Shown here piece by piece: positions 11,544 to 25,612 of a stretch of 33,463 bases of DNA. A program made the translations under genes and the position numbers. The DNA is taken from positions 1 through 33,463 of the forward strand of contig NW_021832458.1 of NCBI RefSeq assembly GCF_006345805.1, in the 5' to 3' direction. How positions within the stretch are numbered: position 1 is the stretch's first letter; the number at the start of each line of letters is the position of its first letter. This DNA comes from Octopus sinensis (lineage: Eukaryota). The notes under the pieces were generated by a model. It saw only the letters and a program-made list of their open reading frames with translations. It was not told where the DNA came from and did not search any database.

Positions 11544-12795
11544 TGCATGTATGTATGTATGTATGCATGTATGTATGTTGTATGTATGTATGTATGTATG
11601 TATGTATGTATGCATGCATGTATGTATGTATGCATGCATGTATGTATGTATGCATGTATGTATGCATGTATGTTTGTATGTATGCATGTATGTATGTATG
11701 TATGTATGTATGTATGTATGTATGTATGTATGTATGCATGTATGTATGTATGTATGTATGTATGTATGTATGTATATATGCATGTATGTATGTATGCATG
11801 TATGTTTGTATGTATGTGTGTATGTATGTATGTATGTATGTATGTATATATGCATGTATGTATGCATGTATGTATGTATGTATGTATGCATGTATGTATG
11901 CATGTATGTTTGTATGTATGCATGTATGTATGCATGTATGTATGTATGTATGCATGTATTTATGTATGTATGTATGCATGTATGTATGCATGTATGTATG
12001 CATGTATGTTTGTATGTATGCATGTATGTATGTATGTATGTATGCATGTATGTATGTATGTATGCATGTATGTATGTATGTATATATGCATGTATGTATG
12101 TATGCATGTATGTATGTATGTATGTATGTATGTATGTATGTATGTATGTATGTATGTATGTATGTATGTATGTATGCATGTATGTATGCATGTATGTATG
12201 TATGTATGTATGCATGTATGTATGCATGTATGTTTGTATGTATGCATGTATGTATGTATGTATGTATGCATGTATGTATGTATGTATGTATGTATGCATG
12301 TATGTGTGCATATGTGTATGTTTTTTTTGTTGGCTCCCATTTTTTCTTAGCAACCAGTGTTTGTTTACTTCCTCGAAACATAGCGGTTCGACAATAGAAA
12401 CCGATAGAATAAGTACCAGTCTTAAAGCTAAGTACCGAGTCGCTTTGTTTCGCTGAATCCCTACTATGTATGTATGTATGTATGTATGTATGCATGTATG
12501 TATGTATGTATGCATGTATGTATGTATGTATGTGTATGTATATATGCATGTATGTATGTATGCATGCATGTATGTATGTATGCATGTATGTATGCATGTA
12601 TGTATGTATGTATGTATGTATGTATGTATGTATGTATGTATGTATGTATGTATGTATGTATGTATATATGCATGTATGTATGTATGCATGTATGTTTGTA
12701 TGTATGCATGTATGTATGTATGTATGTATGTATGTATGTATGTATGCATGTATGTATGTATGTATGTATGTATGTATGTATGTATGTATGTATGT
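9828..12795. repeat. ~3 kb (TATG)n microsatellite array with CATG, TATA and TTTG variants, interrupted once at ~12304-12465
   Basis: Directly visible tetranucleotide repeat. Confidence 0.98.
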
Positions 12796-13015
12796 GTGCA
12801 TATGTGTATGTTTTTTTTGTTGGCTCCCATTTTTTCTTAGCAACCAGTGTTTGTTTACTTCCTCGAAACATAGCGGTTCGACAATAGAAACCGATAGAAT
12901 AAGTACCAGTCTTAAAGCTAAGTACCGAGTCGCTTTGTTTCGCTGAATCCCTACTAAGTGGTGTCTCTCTCTTCCTCATGGCTGCCGTCCAACGGTTGAA
13001 ACAAGTAAAAGATAA
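12304..13015 (+). repeat. Direct duplication of a ~160-bp family-C-like SINE 3' fragment (12304-12465 and 12794-12955); the second copy continues to ~13015
   Basis: gtgtgcatatgtgtatgttttttttgttggctccc...gctgaatccctacta appears twice 490 bp apart; tagcggttcgacaatagaaaccgatagaataagtac matches family C. Confidence 0.9.
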
Positions 13016-13499
13016 AAATACTCTCAGGTCAAAGTTTTCCCTTATGATGGATATCTGGTTTTATCACGTGACAGCGCATTTTCAATCAAGAACGATAGTT
13101 TAATTTCATCTCTTTTGAGACAGAAGTAATTATTGTTCAATGCAAAATCAAAGCGCTAAGTTTCAAGTCCTGTTAAATTTAGCATTCGCTAGAGAATTAT
13201 TAAAAGACGATTTCGTTGTTTTTTTTTTTCTCTCCAAAATCAGTTTATCTTCAATCATAAATCACTAGTTAAAATCTAAGTAAAAGTAAATATTCTGTTT
13301 TGTTTTAAATCATCTGTACGTGAACGTTTCGATCTCTGTATCTCCTCGGTGCTAATGCAGAGAGAGAGAGAGAGAGAGGGCGAGAGAGAGGGGGAGAGAG
13401 AGAAGAGGAATAGAATCTGAATGTGACTAAAAACCCATATTAAAGAACACATAGATTATTATGTGTATTATTTGCAAATTTTGGCAGCTGGCTAACAAT

Positions 13500-14062
13500 T
13501 TAAGGGGTTTTGGGTAAGTCGATTACATCAGCCCCAGTGCTCAAATGGCGCATATTTCAAAGACCTTGAAAGGATGAAAGGGAAAGTCTATGTTGGTGGA
13601 GTTCAAACTAAGAATGTACAGATGGACAAAATGCCTATTTCTTTACTACCCGCAAAGGGCCAAACACAGAGGGGACTATCAAGGACAGACAAAGGGATTA
13701 AGTCGATTACATCGACCCCAGTGCGTAACTGGTACTTAATTTATCGACCCCGAAAGGATGAAAAGCAAAATCGACCTCGGCGGAATTTGAACACAGAACG
13801 TAACGGCAGACGAAATACGGCTACGCATTTCACCCGGCGTGCTAACGTTTCTGCCAGTTCGCGCTTTCAAATTTTGGCACAACGTCAAAAATAACAGGCG
13901 AGGGATCAAGTCGACTACATCGACCCCAATGTTCGACTGGTACTTATTTCATTGAGTCTGAAAGGAAGGAAAGGCAAAATCAACGTCGGCAGAACTCTGA
14001 ACATAAGATGGACGCAATACTGCTAACAATTTGCTAAGGATTCTGCCAGATTTCCGCCCTAA
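13500..14062 (-). mobile_element. Cluster of family B SINEs: a younger copy (~13634-13865) between two more diverged B-like segments
   Basis: Three occurrences of the gtcgattacatc...cccagtg...gaaaggatgaaag core. Confidence 0.8.
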
Positions 14063-14066
14063 ATCA

Positions 14067-15313
14067 ATTATATGGAAAAATACGTGCAAGAGAAATAATG
14101 TTCTTAAGATTATAAATCTGGGAAATTACAGGACAAGTTACTACACTTGGAAAAGTTCAGGACAACTCATTACATTTGGCAAAGTACAGAACAGGGAAAG
14201 TTTTACTTAAAATATTTCAGCAGAGGATAAAATTTGAATATTAAAAATGATTTTGATTTACAAAGTAACATTATAATTAAAAAAGGTACCATCATTGTGT
14301 TAAAATATTGACACACTAGAATACTTAAAATATGAGAACCAGAAGTAGCAATATAGCTAAAGTGTTATGCAAAGTAGAATAGTATATATGGAGGGAAATT
14401 CATTATGTAAAAAATAGGCATTGGATCAAGAATAAAAATGCGAAGAGGTGGCAATAAGTGAGGGAAAAATTCATAAACATTTTACTGTGAATTTGTTGTT
14501 ATAGGTAGATTTTACTGTAATATATAAATAATTTTTGTATTATTCTATTTATTATACCAACTAATTATGTACTACTATTATTTTTTTTAATAACCTATTT
14601 TCAAATTTGCAATTATTAATTAATAAGCTGGCAGAAACGTTAGCACACCAGGCGAAATGCTTTGCGGTATTTCGTCTGCCGTTACGTTCTGAGTTCAAAT
14701 TCCGCCGAGGTCGACTTTGCCTTTCATCCTTTCGGAGTCGATAAATTAAGTACCAGTTATAATCGATATAATCGACTTAATCCTTTTGTCTGCCCTTGTT
14801 TGTCCCCTCTGTGTTTAGCCACTTGTGGGTAGTAAAGAAATTGGTATTTCATCTGCCATTACGTTCTGAGTTCAAATTCCGCCGAGGTCTACTTTGAATT
14901 TCATACTTTCGGGGTCGATTAACTAAGTATCAGTTACATCCTGGGGTCGATGTAATAGACTTAATCCCTTTGTCTGTCCTTGTTTCTTCCCTTTTTCTTT
15001 AGCCCACTGTGGGCAATAAGAAAAAAATCAATTATCTCAAAGTGCAAAATATATTTTAATTAAGCTATCTTGTAACAGTAACTTGTAACAAAAGTTTTAG
15101 TTTTAATAAAAGCTACTATTTTTTAAATCTAAATATTTTATTTGAAATTTCATCCTTTGCTGCAATATTTCAAGTAAAAATTTTCTTGTTCTGTACTTTA
15201 CCAGATCTAATAAGTTGTCCTGAACTTTTCCAAGTGCAATAGCTTGTCCTGTAATTTTCCAGGTTTATAATCTTAAGAATATTATTTCTCTTGCTCGCAT
15301 TTTTCCATGTAAT
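14067..15313. repeat. Imperfect inverted repeat with ~190-bp arms (14067-14260 and 15123-15313); candidate MITE or foldback element
   Basis: ttcttaagattataaa...ttacaggacaag...cacttggaaaagttcaggacaact versus agttgtcctgaacttttccaagtg...cttgtcctgtaa...tttataatcttaagaa. Confidence 0.8.
14625..15026 (+). mobile_element. SINE family B head-body-body tandem dimer
   Basis: Two bodies joined at aaagaaattggtatttc. Confidence 0.9.
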
Positions 15314-16003
15314 CCATGTTTTTCCAGGCTATGCTATTATGCTATTTAATAATGTGTCAAATTAGCGGTGTCGTTGATAATTTTTCCTTACATCAATGAC
15401 ACTGGTGACATATATTAAAAGTTCCCTTATAGCACTAATTTCATAAAAAGTATAGAACAATATTATCACCCTCAAATTTGAGAAACAAACACTGATAACT
15501 TTGTTCTTTTAAAATTTCATTGCATAAATTTTATACCATGAAATTCTTCAAATTGAGTTCTATCCTTTAGCTTAATTAAAATATAGATTGCTTTTAATAT
15601 AAAAAAGTGAATTATACGTAAATCCAATTTTTTGCCTTACTTAGTTTTTCTCATGATACTTTACCTCAACTTTTTTGTACAAATTTTTGTTGCGTGGATT
15701 TAAAACTATGAAATTCGTCATGCTTGTTCTCTATCATTGAAGCTAAGATAAAATGTTTTGCTTTAAAAATTAAAAAAAGTTAGATCTAAACTTCATTGGT
15801 GGCGTTACCAACTCTCCCATTACGTTGCTACAAATTTTGATGTAAGCTTTTTTTGTACAGGATCAAATCTCAATTATGTTATGCCGAAATGTGACCGGGA
15901 TCCAGTTCTCTTCAAAAATGTTAACAGTGTTCAATTTGGTTATTAAATGAATTAGCGACAAGCTCTGAAAGATGCTAGGTGTGAGTAAATTGTGGCCTTA
16001 AGA

Positions 16004-16037
16004 ATATCATTCAACTACGGTAGTAGTTGAATGATAT
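16004..16037. repeat. Perfect 15-bp hairpin with a 4-nt loop
   Basis: atatcattcaactac ggta gtagttgaatgatat. Confidence 0.9.
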
Positions 16038-16334
16038 GTGTATGTATGTGTGTGTGTGTGTTAAAGGAGATACAAGTAGAAAAGAAAAGAATCCAAGAAA
16101 ATAAAATAGCCACCGAAACGAATTGAACAAAGAGGAAAATATTCTGAGGCTTATAAAATCCCACAAGGGACTTATTTTCAGCAAATGCAATTAAATTCTA
16201 TCATTAAACACAACAACAATTAAATTTGTTATTTTATGTTAAACTGCTCTATTAAAAATACACACAAAAATAACATATTTAGTAGTTCTGAAATGGTGAA
16301 AATAACTGACTCCTACATTGCATAATTACTATAT

Positions 16335-16723
16335 AGTGGAGGCGCAATGGCCCAGTGGTTAGGGCAGCGGACTCGCGGTCATAGGATCGCGGTTTCGATT
16401 CCCAGACCGGGCGTTGTGAGTGTTTATTGAGCGAGAACGCCTAAAAGCTCTACGAGGCTCCGGCAGGGGATGGTGGTGATCCCTGCTGTACTCTTTCACC
16501 ACAACTTTCTCTCACTCTTACTTCCTGTTTCTGTTGTACCTGTATTTCAAAGGGCCGGCCTTGTCACTCTCTGTGTCACGCTGAATATCCCCGAGAACTA
16601 CGTTAAGGGTACACGTGTCTGTGGAGTGCTCAGCCACTTACACGTTAATTTCACGAGCAGGCTGTTCCGTTGATTCAGATTAACCGGAACCCGCGTCGTT
16701 GTAACCGACGGAGTGCTTCAGAG
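16335..16723 (+). mobile_element. tRNA-derived SINE family A, full length
   Basis: A/B boxes; TSD aattactatat at 16324-16334 and 16724-16734. Confidence 0.94.
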
Positions 16724-17339
16724 AATTACTATATTTATAAATATATTTAGATGCCGCGTGAACGTTTATTTCTATAAATGCGATTAAAAATTCAAATTGA
16801 CGAAGTTCTTGTTTCGTAACGTATCCATTAAAAAATCCTTTTCTAGAGATGAAAATTGTACATATTTGCATACCCCCTCTGCGTACACAAACATGTCAGC
16901 TTGTCTGTGTAATAATGGTTCACTGAATTATATTTACTGTCATGTTTATGGCACCATTTTATTACAGTCTTCAAATTACGTGCTATTTAACAAAGTCCAA
17001 TGACATTCATGCAGTCTGTACTGGAAGGAAATATAAATAAGATAATTGAACAAACAGCTGTTTATTCCGTGTGGATTGTTCTTTAGCTATCATGTTTTAT
17101 CTTGCTTTGTATTCTATTTCTTCCTCCACGTTCCATCTGTTCTTGAATATTCAACTTACTACTCTCCTCTTTTTATATTTATTTTTCTTTTTCAAAATCA
17201 ATAACTTACATACATCTTTATTTTACGACAAAATATGTTTATATTTCAACGAGGGAGCGCCTACGTGGTAACTTGAATTTTAACAAAACGCAGTGAAATT
17301 TCCCTTAGATCACAACATACATGCTTTTAAAAATTGAAT

Positions 17340-17760
17340 GACACATTGGTCAATGTGCTTCTAAAATGTTTGAATTTAAAAACAGAATTACAGGTTGGTC
17401 ATGGTTAGAACACATTTTGATTATAGGCCAGCTGTTATTCAGGGTTGATTTCTACAGATTGAAGATATATATTGAGTTGAGAAAGTTATAAGCTGGCAAC
17501 AGTTGTTGTTTAGCTCCACATCAGCCCTTAAACTCCAGGCCTTTGATCAACGATTATATTGTTTGATCTATAATTAATTATTTCAGATAAGGAGAATTGA
17601 CTGTTGTTTGTGGCAAGTCATGCAAACTTATAATGCAACAATTGTTGGTGGTGCATTTCGTTGTTTAATTGTAAATCAACAAAATTAAATGTGTTTCAAA
17701 CCATGAGCATCCTGTCTTCTCAGGAACTGGGTATCTAGGACTACATTATTAAATGTTTGC
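17340..17760. repeat. Old, diverged inverted pair of an unclassified repeat
   Basis: ggttggtcatggttagaa versus ttcaaaccatgagcatcc; ttgattataggcc...cagggttga versus tcagccct...ggcctttgatcaa. Confidence 0.4.
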
Positions 17761-18947
17761 ATCCATTTTCGAGACGGCGGTTTATAGCATGAAGCTGATT
17801 TTGCCGTTGTTTAAAGAAAGTCAAGCAATCCGAAAGAAGCTGCTTCTTCGGCTCATGTGGATTGTATTTGAGCGTAGGGAGGGAACAAGGGCTAATTGGA
17901 CCGATAAGGCTAAGGCAAATTTAAAGATAGAAATCCTTGTGGAAGAAATGACAAAAGTATGATGGTTGTTATTATTTACATATTTTGTTAAAACCATTTT
18001 GTCACAGATGAAATGGCTACAGAAATGACATTCTAGACTCGCTGGAGCAAGAGAGATAAACAAAAAATTACGATGCATGATTTCATGCCAACCTCTATTT
18101 GATTCTTATCAGTAGCCCAGCTGGAAGTCTGATGCAGCTGATAGGCCAGCCAGAAGTGAAGACAGTCAGTTGATAGAGCAATCTACAGTTCTGTACTCAT
18201 GATGTCTGGCCCTCTGTCATATCTGGAAGTTTCCACATGGAGGCAAATTGGATTACCCTAACATACATATAGACCTGTACATTTAATAAATAATACTGTC
18301 CCACGTAGCACAATTATATATATATATATATATATATATAATTAGTTTCAGTCTTACTTGCTTACTTGTAATGTTAACCAGCGAAACTGACTCATAATGG
18401 GAAACTATTATGAATTAAGGTACTCTGAAATGTTAATACGAATTGAATGAAACAAGTTCCACGTAAATCGGTTAAGTAGTTTTCAAGATATTAGATATTT
18501 TCAGGATATAAATACCCACGACGGTGCATAATGGGAAAATCTTCTGTGAGTTGACAACGAAAAAAAAAAAGGGTTTTTATTTTTTACAATTTCAATGTTC
18601 GATTTTGTTAAACAGTATTTTAATCATTTAAAAATAATTTTAAGTGAGTGTGATTTCGAAAATGTAAACTTTTTGTACAGTAAGTAGGTATATTTTAGCT
18701 TTCTTTAAACAGACAATATTTTAATGCTATTTAAAATTATTTTCAAGTGAATACCATTACGAAAACTTCTTTGGCATATTTAAAAAATACTCTAAAGTGA
18801 AAATGACTTTCAAAATACAATAGGTATTTAGTAAAAGACCCGTTCGTAACCTCAGAGTGAAAAAAGTTTTTTTCCGAATTCATTCGACGTATCTCCCCTC
18901 CAAAGATTTTGTTGCTATTTCTAGCACGCTCTGATACTACGTAGCAG

Positions 18948-19871
18948 CTATTCGCAATCTCATGGTCGCACTGAATCATAAAATCCTATAGGATCTTTGC
19001 ATTTCTATTTTCGACAATGCCTTCAGGTTTATCGTCGTAGCAATTTTTTGCTCTGTCAAGTCCATATTTATCGCATACTTAATCCATGCGATTAGCTCTG
19101 CTCCATATCTAATGAGTATAACCGCCCAGATGTTGATTGCTTCGATCTTATTCCATCTGTTTAATTTTGACTTAAGTATCAATCTCAGTCTGCGCTAGTA
19201 CTCCACCTTAAATCTTTCTGTCATTTCTTTCTCTATCAATATATCCATTTCCAAAATCCCCAAGTACTTATAGCCAGTCTCTTCTATCTGCTTTATAACC
19301 GCTCCCGACGGTATCGTTAGTCTATCCATACATTTGATTTTGCCTCTCTTCAATACTAACACACCACACTTTCTCAGTCCAAACTCCATTCTGATATCAG
19401 CGCTGAAAATATACACCGTATCAACGAGGGAACTGACTTGGGATTCATCTTTACCATAAAGTTTGAGGTCATCCATAAATAACAAATGGTTGACTTTTTG
19501 TTGGCGGCTTTTGAATATATACCCAGCTTTTGCTTTCCTCAGAATCAGTGTCAGTAGTATCAAGCACAGTACAGAGATCAGTGGAGACGGGCAGTCCCCT
19601 TGGAAGATGCCCCTCCTAATTTCTACTGTCCCTAAACTTCTTCCGTATGCTGTCAAGGTCCGTCCTCCAATTCGCCATACTTTTCCCAAGCAATCGCTCA
19701 ACATTCGACGCAGTGCCAAACAGGTTCATACACTCCATAATCCAAGAATGTGGGATCATATCGTATGCCTTATGATAGTCGATCCATGACATGCCTAAGT
19801 AACTTTTCCTCCTCTTGCAGTCTCTGAGTACAGATTTATCTATCAGGAGTTGATCCTTGGTCCCTCTGCAC
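18948..19871 (-). mobile_element. R4/Dong-type non-LTR retrotransposon fragment 1: RT domain, internal deletion at ~19080, start of the REL endonuclease region
   Basis: [65 protein letters not shown], then CDKYGLDRAKNCYDDKPEGIVENRNAKIL*DFMIQCDHEIAN. Confidence 0.88.

Positions 19872-21943
<2,072 letters not shown>

Positions 21944-21993
<50 letters not shown>
21944..21993. repeat. (TTA/TAA)n microsatellite
   Basis: Directly visible. Confidence 0.98.
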
Positions 21994-22345
21994 GCCTGGA
22001 GATGTACTACAGTGTCAGCTGTTCACTACCAGTGAACTAAGGTAACACCTCATATTTTTCGAGCACCTTCCGGAGTATCCGAGCGGTTCCAAGCTGTGCT
22101 GTTTTCTGCAAGTGCTCCACTCTTATTGTCGCCCATATTTGTTCCATGTACTTCTAGATATTTCCCAGGGCTCCGACAATTATTGGTACTACTGCTACCT
22201 TCTTCGTCGACCACAACTGCCTAACCTCCCAAGCTAACCTGCAATATCTAGCGACCTTTCTTTCTTCCTTATCGCATAGCTTGTTGTCAGCTGGGCATGC
22301 TATGTCTATGATCCATCATAATTTGTTTATTTTCGTTTCGTTTTC
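21994..22345 (-). mobile_element. R4/Dong-type fragment 3: extreme 3' end (REL C-terminus plus 3' UTR)
   Basis: Hand translation WIIDIACPADNKLCDKEERKVARYCRLAWEVRQLWSTKKVAVVPIIVGALGNI*...LQKTAQLGTARILRKVLE aligns with the C-terminus of element 2. Confidence 0.88.
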
Positions 22346-22350
22346 TTTCC

Positions 22351-22351
<1 letters not shown>

Positions 22352-22415
<64 letters not shown>
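22352..22415. repeat. (TTA/TAA)n microsatellite
   Basis: Directly visible. Confidence 0.98.
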
Positions 22416-22417
22416 CT

Positions 22418-22625
22418 AAGGCTGCGAGCTGTCAGAGTTGTTAGTGTGCTGGAAGAAATGCTTAGCAGTATTTCGCCCGTCGCTACATTCTCATTTCAAA
22501 TTCCGCCGGACTTTATCGTTCATCCTTTCGGGGTCGATAAATTAAGTACCATCTGAACACTGGGGTCGATGTCATCGACTCATCCCGTCCCCCAAAATAT
22601 CTGCCTTGTGGCAAAACTTGAAAGA
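22418..22625 (+). mobile_element. SINE family B, diverged (tail type 1)
   Basis: aaggctgcgagctgtcagagttgttag...catcctttcggggtcgataaattaagtacc. Confidence 0.82.
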
Positions 22626-23276
22626 AACGGTGTGAGAAGATGGTTAAGCAATTGTTAATTTAGATAAGATACGAAACAGAGTGTGTGGTGGAGGAATGAA
22701 AATAGATGTGAGATATGCAGGGATATTGTATATGTAGACCCATTATTTAGGCGGAATGGTATACATATAAGTTTCCAATACCTTATGAGTAAAATCCAGT
22801 AGTATTTAAAATTGGTCATTCCAAGTATAGAGTCCATACACAGTTTTATTGAATCAAGGGTTTTATTTAAAGTGTCCTAAAAGTAGGGATTATATTAGCA
22901 AGGTCAAATCGAAAACAAGAAGAGAGGAATAAAGAAAGAAAGAAAGAAAAAAGGAAAAACAAGGAAGATATAGTAAGGGAAAGTGTAATAGTTTCTGGTC
23001 AGTCGAGATAATTTGAAAGTAGGAATGGGAAGATAAGGGTGATAGAGAGAGAACGGTATTAGAGTGTAGTGTTAATTCACAAATAAAGACATTATACCCC
23101 TCCCCCACCAATTGGTGTTGAAAACGCATTGACATCGTTCGACATATATATATATATATATATATATTTAAATAATGAGTGAGATAAATTAATATTAATT
23201 TTAATATCAATTTAAAACCAGTAGTCCAGCATACAAAAAATCTGAGAAGTCAGAGAAAGTTCTAATATATGTGTAA

Positions 23277-23714
23277 ATTGGCAGGGATTACTGCTAGGGA
23301 GTCGGCCGTATGCTAGAAATAGACCATCAACGATCAAACTACAAGGAAATTCTCTAGAGGAAAAATACAGCGAACACCAGAACCAAATTTGGCGGCCAGA
23401 ACCAAGACATTTGAAATTTTATCACTAGTGTAATCGGTAAAACTATACACGTGTCTGTGCTGGCACGGAAAGCTGGAGTTAGGTTTTCAGTTTACATTAC
23501 AATGAACGAATGCACTGAAGAAGCACGGACATTTGAATTACGTAAGTAATTCTTTTGTTAAAGGCCGAAACCGAGGTATGCATTTAATTCTGTTTCTTAT
23601 ATAATTTTTCATCTGTCCTGCCCGCCAAATTTGGTTCTGTATTTTTCCTTGTAGTTTGATCGTTGATGGTCTATTTCTAGCATACGGCCGACTCCCTAGC
23701 AGTAAGCCCTGCCA

Positions 23715-23716
<2 letters not shown>
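23277..23716. mobile_element. Inverted-repeat element enclosing a hammerhead; probably Penelope-like, non-autonomous
   Basis: 23277-23349 is the reverse complement of 23644-23716 with one mismatch in 73 nt; weaker similarity continues inward; (TA)n at the right end. Confidence 0.75.
23509..23584 (+). ncRNA. Type I hammerhead ribozyme with an extended stem II
   Basis: aatgca CTGAAGA agc...gaattac-gtaa-gtaattc...gcc GAAA ccgagg TA tgcatt; perfect 6-bp stem I, intact core, GUA cleavage triplet. Confidence 0.8.
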
Positions 23717-23755
<39 letters not shown>

Positions 23756-24138
23756 TGAGGCGTATATGTACAGTAGTCATATTTGTATTAGTAGAATCTG
23801 AAACGGGAATTTAAAAAGCAATCTTATGCAATATTTATTTTAGTATTAATGGTCTCAAATATTCTGATATTTTCTGGATATATTTTGAAGATAAAATCTA
23901 AGAGATGCAAATATTTATGAGGTTTGCAGTCTTTGCTTTTTGCTTTTTGTTTTGAAGTTATTTATTCTGAAACTATTTATACACTGAATGATTTCGTTCA
24001 TTGGACTGTTCAATCAGAATTTAATATGGGTCAAAACAAGAAGAAAACAGGAGAACCACAGCAGAGCCAGCAACAATAACTACAAAAATAAAAAAGTAAA
24101 GATTTTTATACGTGTGTCTAGTGCAATGAGGTAATTTC

Positions 24139-24170
<32 letters not shown>

Positions 24171-24177
24171 TATATAT

Positions 24178-24355
24178 AGGGAGAGTTGACGAAAAAAAAC
24201 AAAAGACGAAGACAGGCGGGGTACAAAACAAACAGATGTATTAGTATAACGCTCAGGAATAGAATAAGTCCTTTACGTTTCGAGTCTACGCTCTTCTACA
24301 GAAAGAAACAAGGAGAGAAAAAAATGTTTGTAGTGACTCACGATATATCATGGCG
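24178..24355 (-). repeat. Short interspersed repeat with a hammerhead-like motif (24268-24306); second copy at 31298-31420
   Basis: Minus strand tcttt CTGTAGA a gagc-gtag-actc GAAA cg TA aagga; homologous to 31298-31420. Confidence 0.75.
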
Positions 24356-24359
24356 ACTC

Positions 24360-24360
24360 A

Positions 24361-24441
<81 letters not shown>

Positions 24442-24446
24442 CTCTA

Positions 24447-24510
<64 letters not shown>

Positions 24511-24520
24511 CATACATACA

Positions 24521-24554
<34 letters not shown>

Positions 24555-24568
24555 CATACATATGTATA
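24360..24568. repeat. Compound microsatellite (TCTA)n-(TA)n-(TACA)n
   Basis: Directly visible. Confidence 0.95.
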
Positions 24569-24834
24569 TAAGATAAATGAAAGACGGAAGATGGAAGATA
24601 CGTGGATTTCTATTAATCACAACAATTGTTTCGTAGCATCGATCATTCACGGGTGTGATACTTAACAACTGGTTCAGGAGCATCCCACATTGCATATATA
24701 TACACAAATACAAACGTGTGTGTGTGTGTGTGTGTGTGCGTGTGTGAGCGTTTGCTTGTCTGTGCGTGTGTCTGTGTGTCTGTGTGTCAGTGGTATCTGA
24801 CAATTCCTAAGAGAAGGTCATCTCGCCAATTAGT

Positions 24835-25095
24835 ACCTGCTGTTATGGGATCGCATATGACTGAGAGGTCCCGATTTGGACAAACAAACTCTACTAGAGG
24901 TCTTACAAGCATTTACCGATAGAACCAATTCTGGGATTGATGTCAATGCCTAGTTACGACGTTCTCGTTTCAAGATGGAGCGGTGGATTCTCCGTGTTCC
25001 AAAAGCCTTGCTATCATTATACATCACTTCCGCCCCAGCTGATTGATTTTCTGGCATCTCGCAATCTTTAACATCCACATCAAGAGTGTGGGGCT
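24835..25095 (-). pseudogene. Decayed 3' end of an RTE-type LINE ORF
   Basis: Hand translation [44 protein letters not shown]...CKTSSRVCLSKSGPLSHMRSH; eroded terminal C2H2 finger as in RTE ORFs. Confidence 0.55.
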
Positions 25096-25104
25096 ATATT
25101 TATA

Positions 25105-25134
25105 TCTCTATGTATCTATCTATCTATCTATCTA

Positions 25135-25226
<92 letters not shown>

Positions 25227-25266
25227 CATCCATCCATCCATCCATCCATCCATCCATCCATCTATA

Positions 25267-25325
<59 letters not shown>

Positions 25326-25335
25326 ACACACACAC

Positions 25336-25412
<77 letters not shown>
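25105..25412. repeat. Compound microsatellite (TCTA)-(TCTG)-(TCCA)-(TCTA)-(CA)-(TA)
   Basis: Directly visible. Confidence 0.95.
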
Positions 25413-25612
25413 GCTACAGGAACTTACATAAAATGTACAGGAAACTATTTTACCACTTCTACACACCATTTTCCTCGAATAATGGAACTGCAACTACAAT
25501 ATATTATATTTTATTTCTACTTTAATTCTCTTATTTCTCTCTATATTCCCTATCGTCTCCCTTTCCATAATAATTCGAAATCAAATATTTCCCCTATTTA
25601 ACCTTCTCACGC

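Noticed and set aside
9733-12979. ORFs of up to 1036 aa (YIHT / MYVC repeats) on both strands
   Set aside because: (TATG)n has no stop codon in any frame, so these are microsatellite translations
15850-15986. Acceptor-like ttttttgtacag and donor-like gtgagt flanking ~120 bp
   Set aside because: Stop codons in all three frames; a non-coding exon cannot be supported without RNA data
17753-18290. Unique-looking stretch with short ORFs
   Set aside because: No recognisable protein motif or convincing splice-site pair
18340-18900. Possible DNA-transposon-derived filler (aaatcggttaagtagttttc motif)
   Set aside because: Could not find TIRs, TSDs or a second copy in the window
22655-22880. Minus-strand IKLCMDS..WNDQF resembling Penelope RT
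   Set aside because: Too short and fragmented to tell from chance
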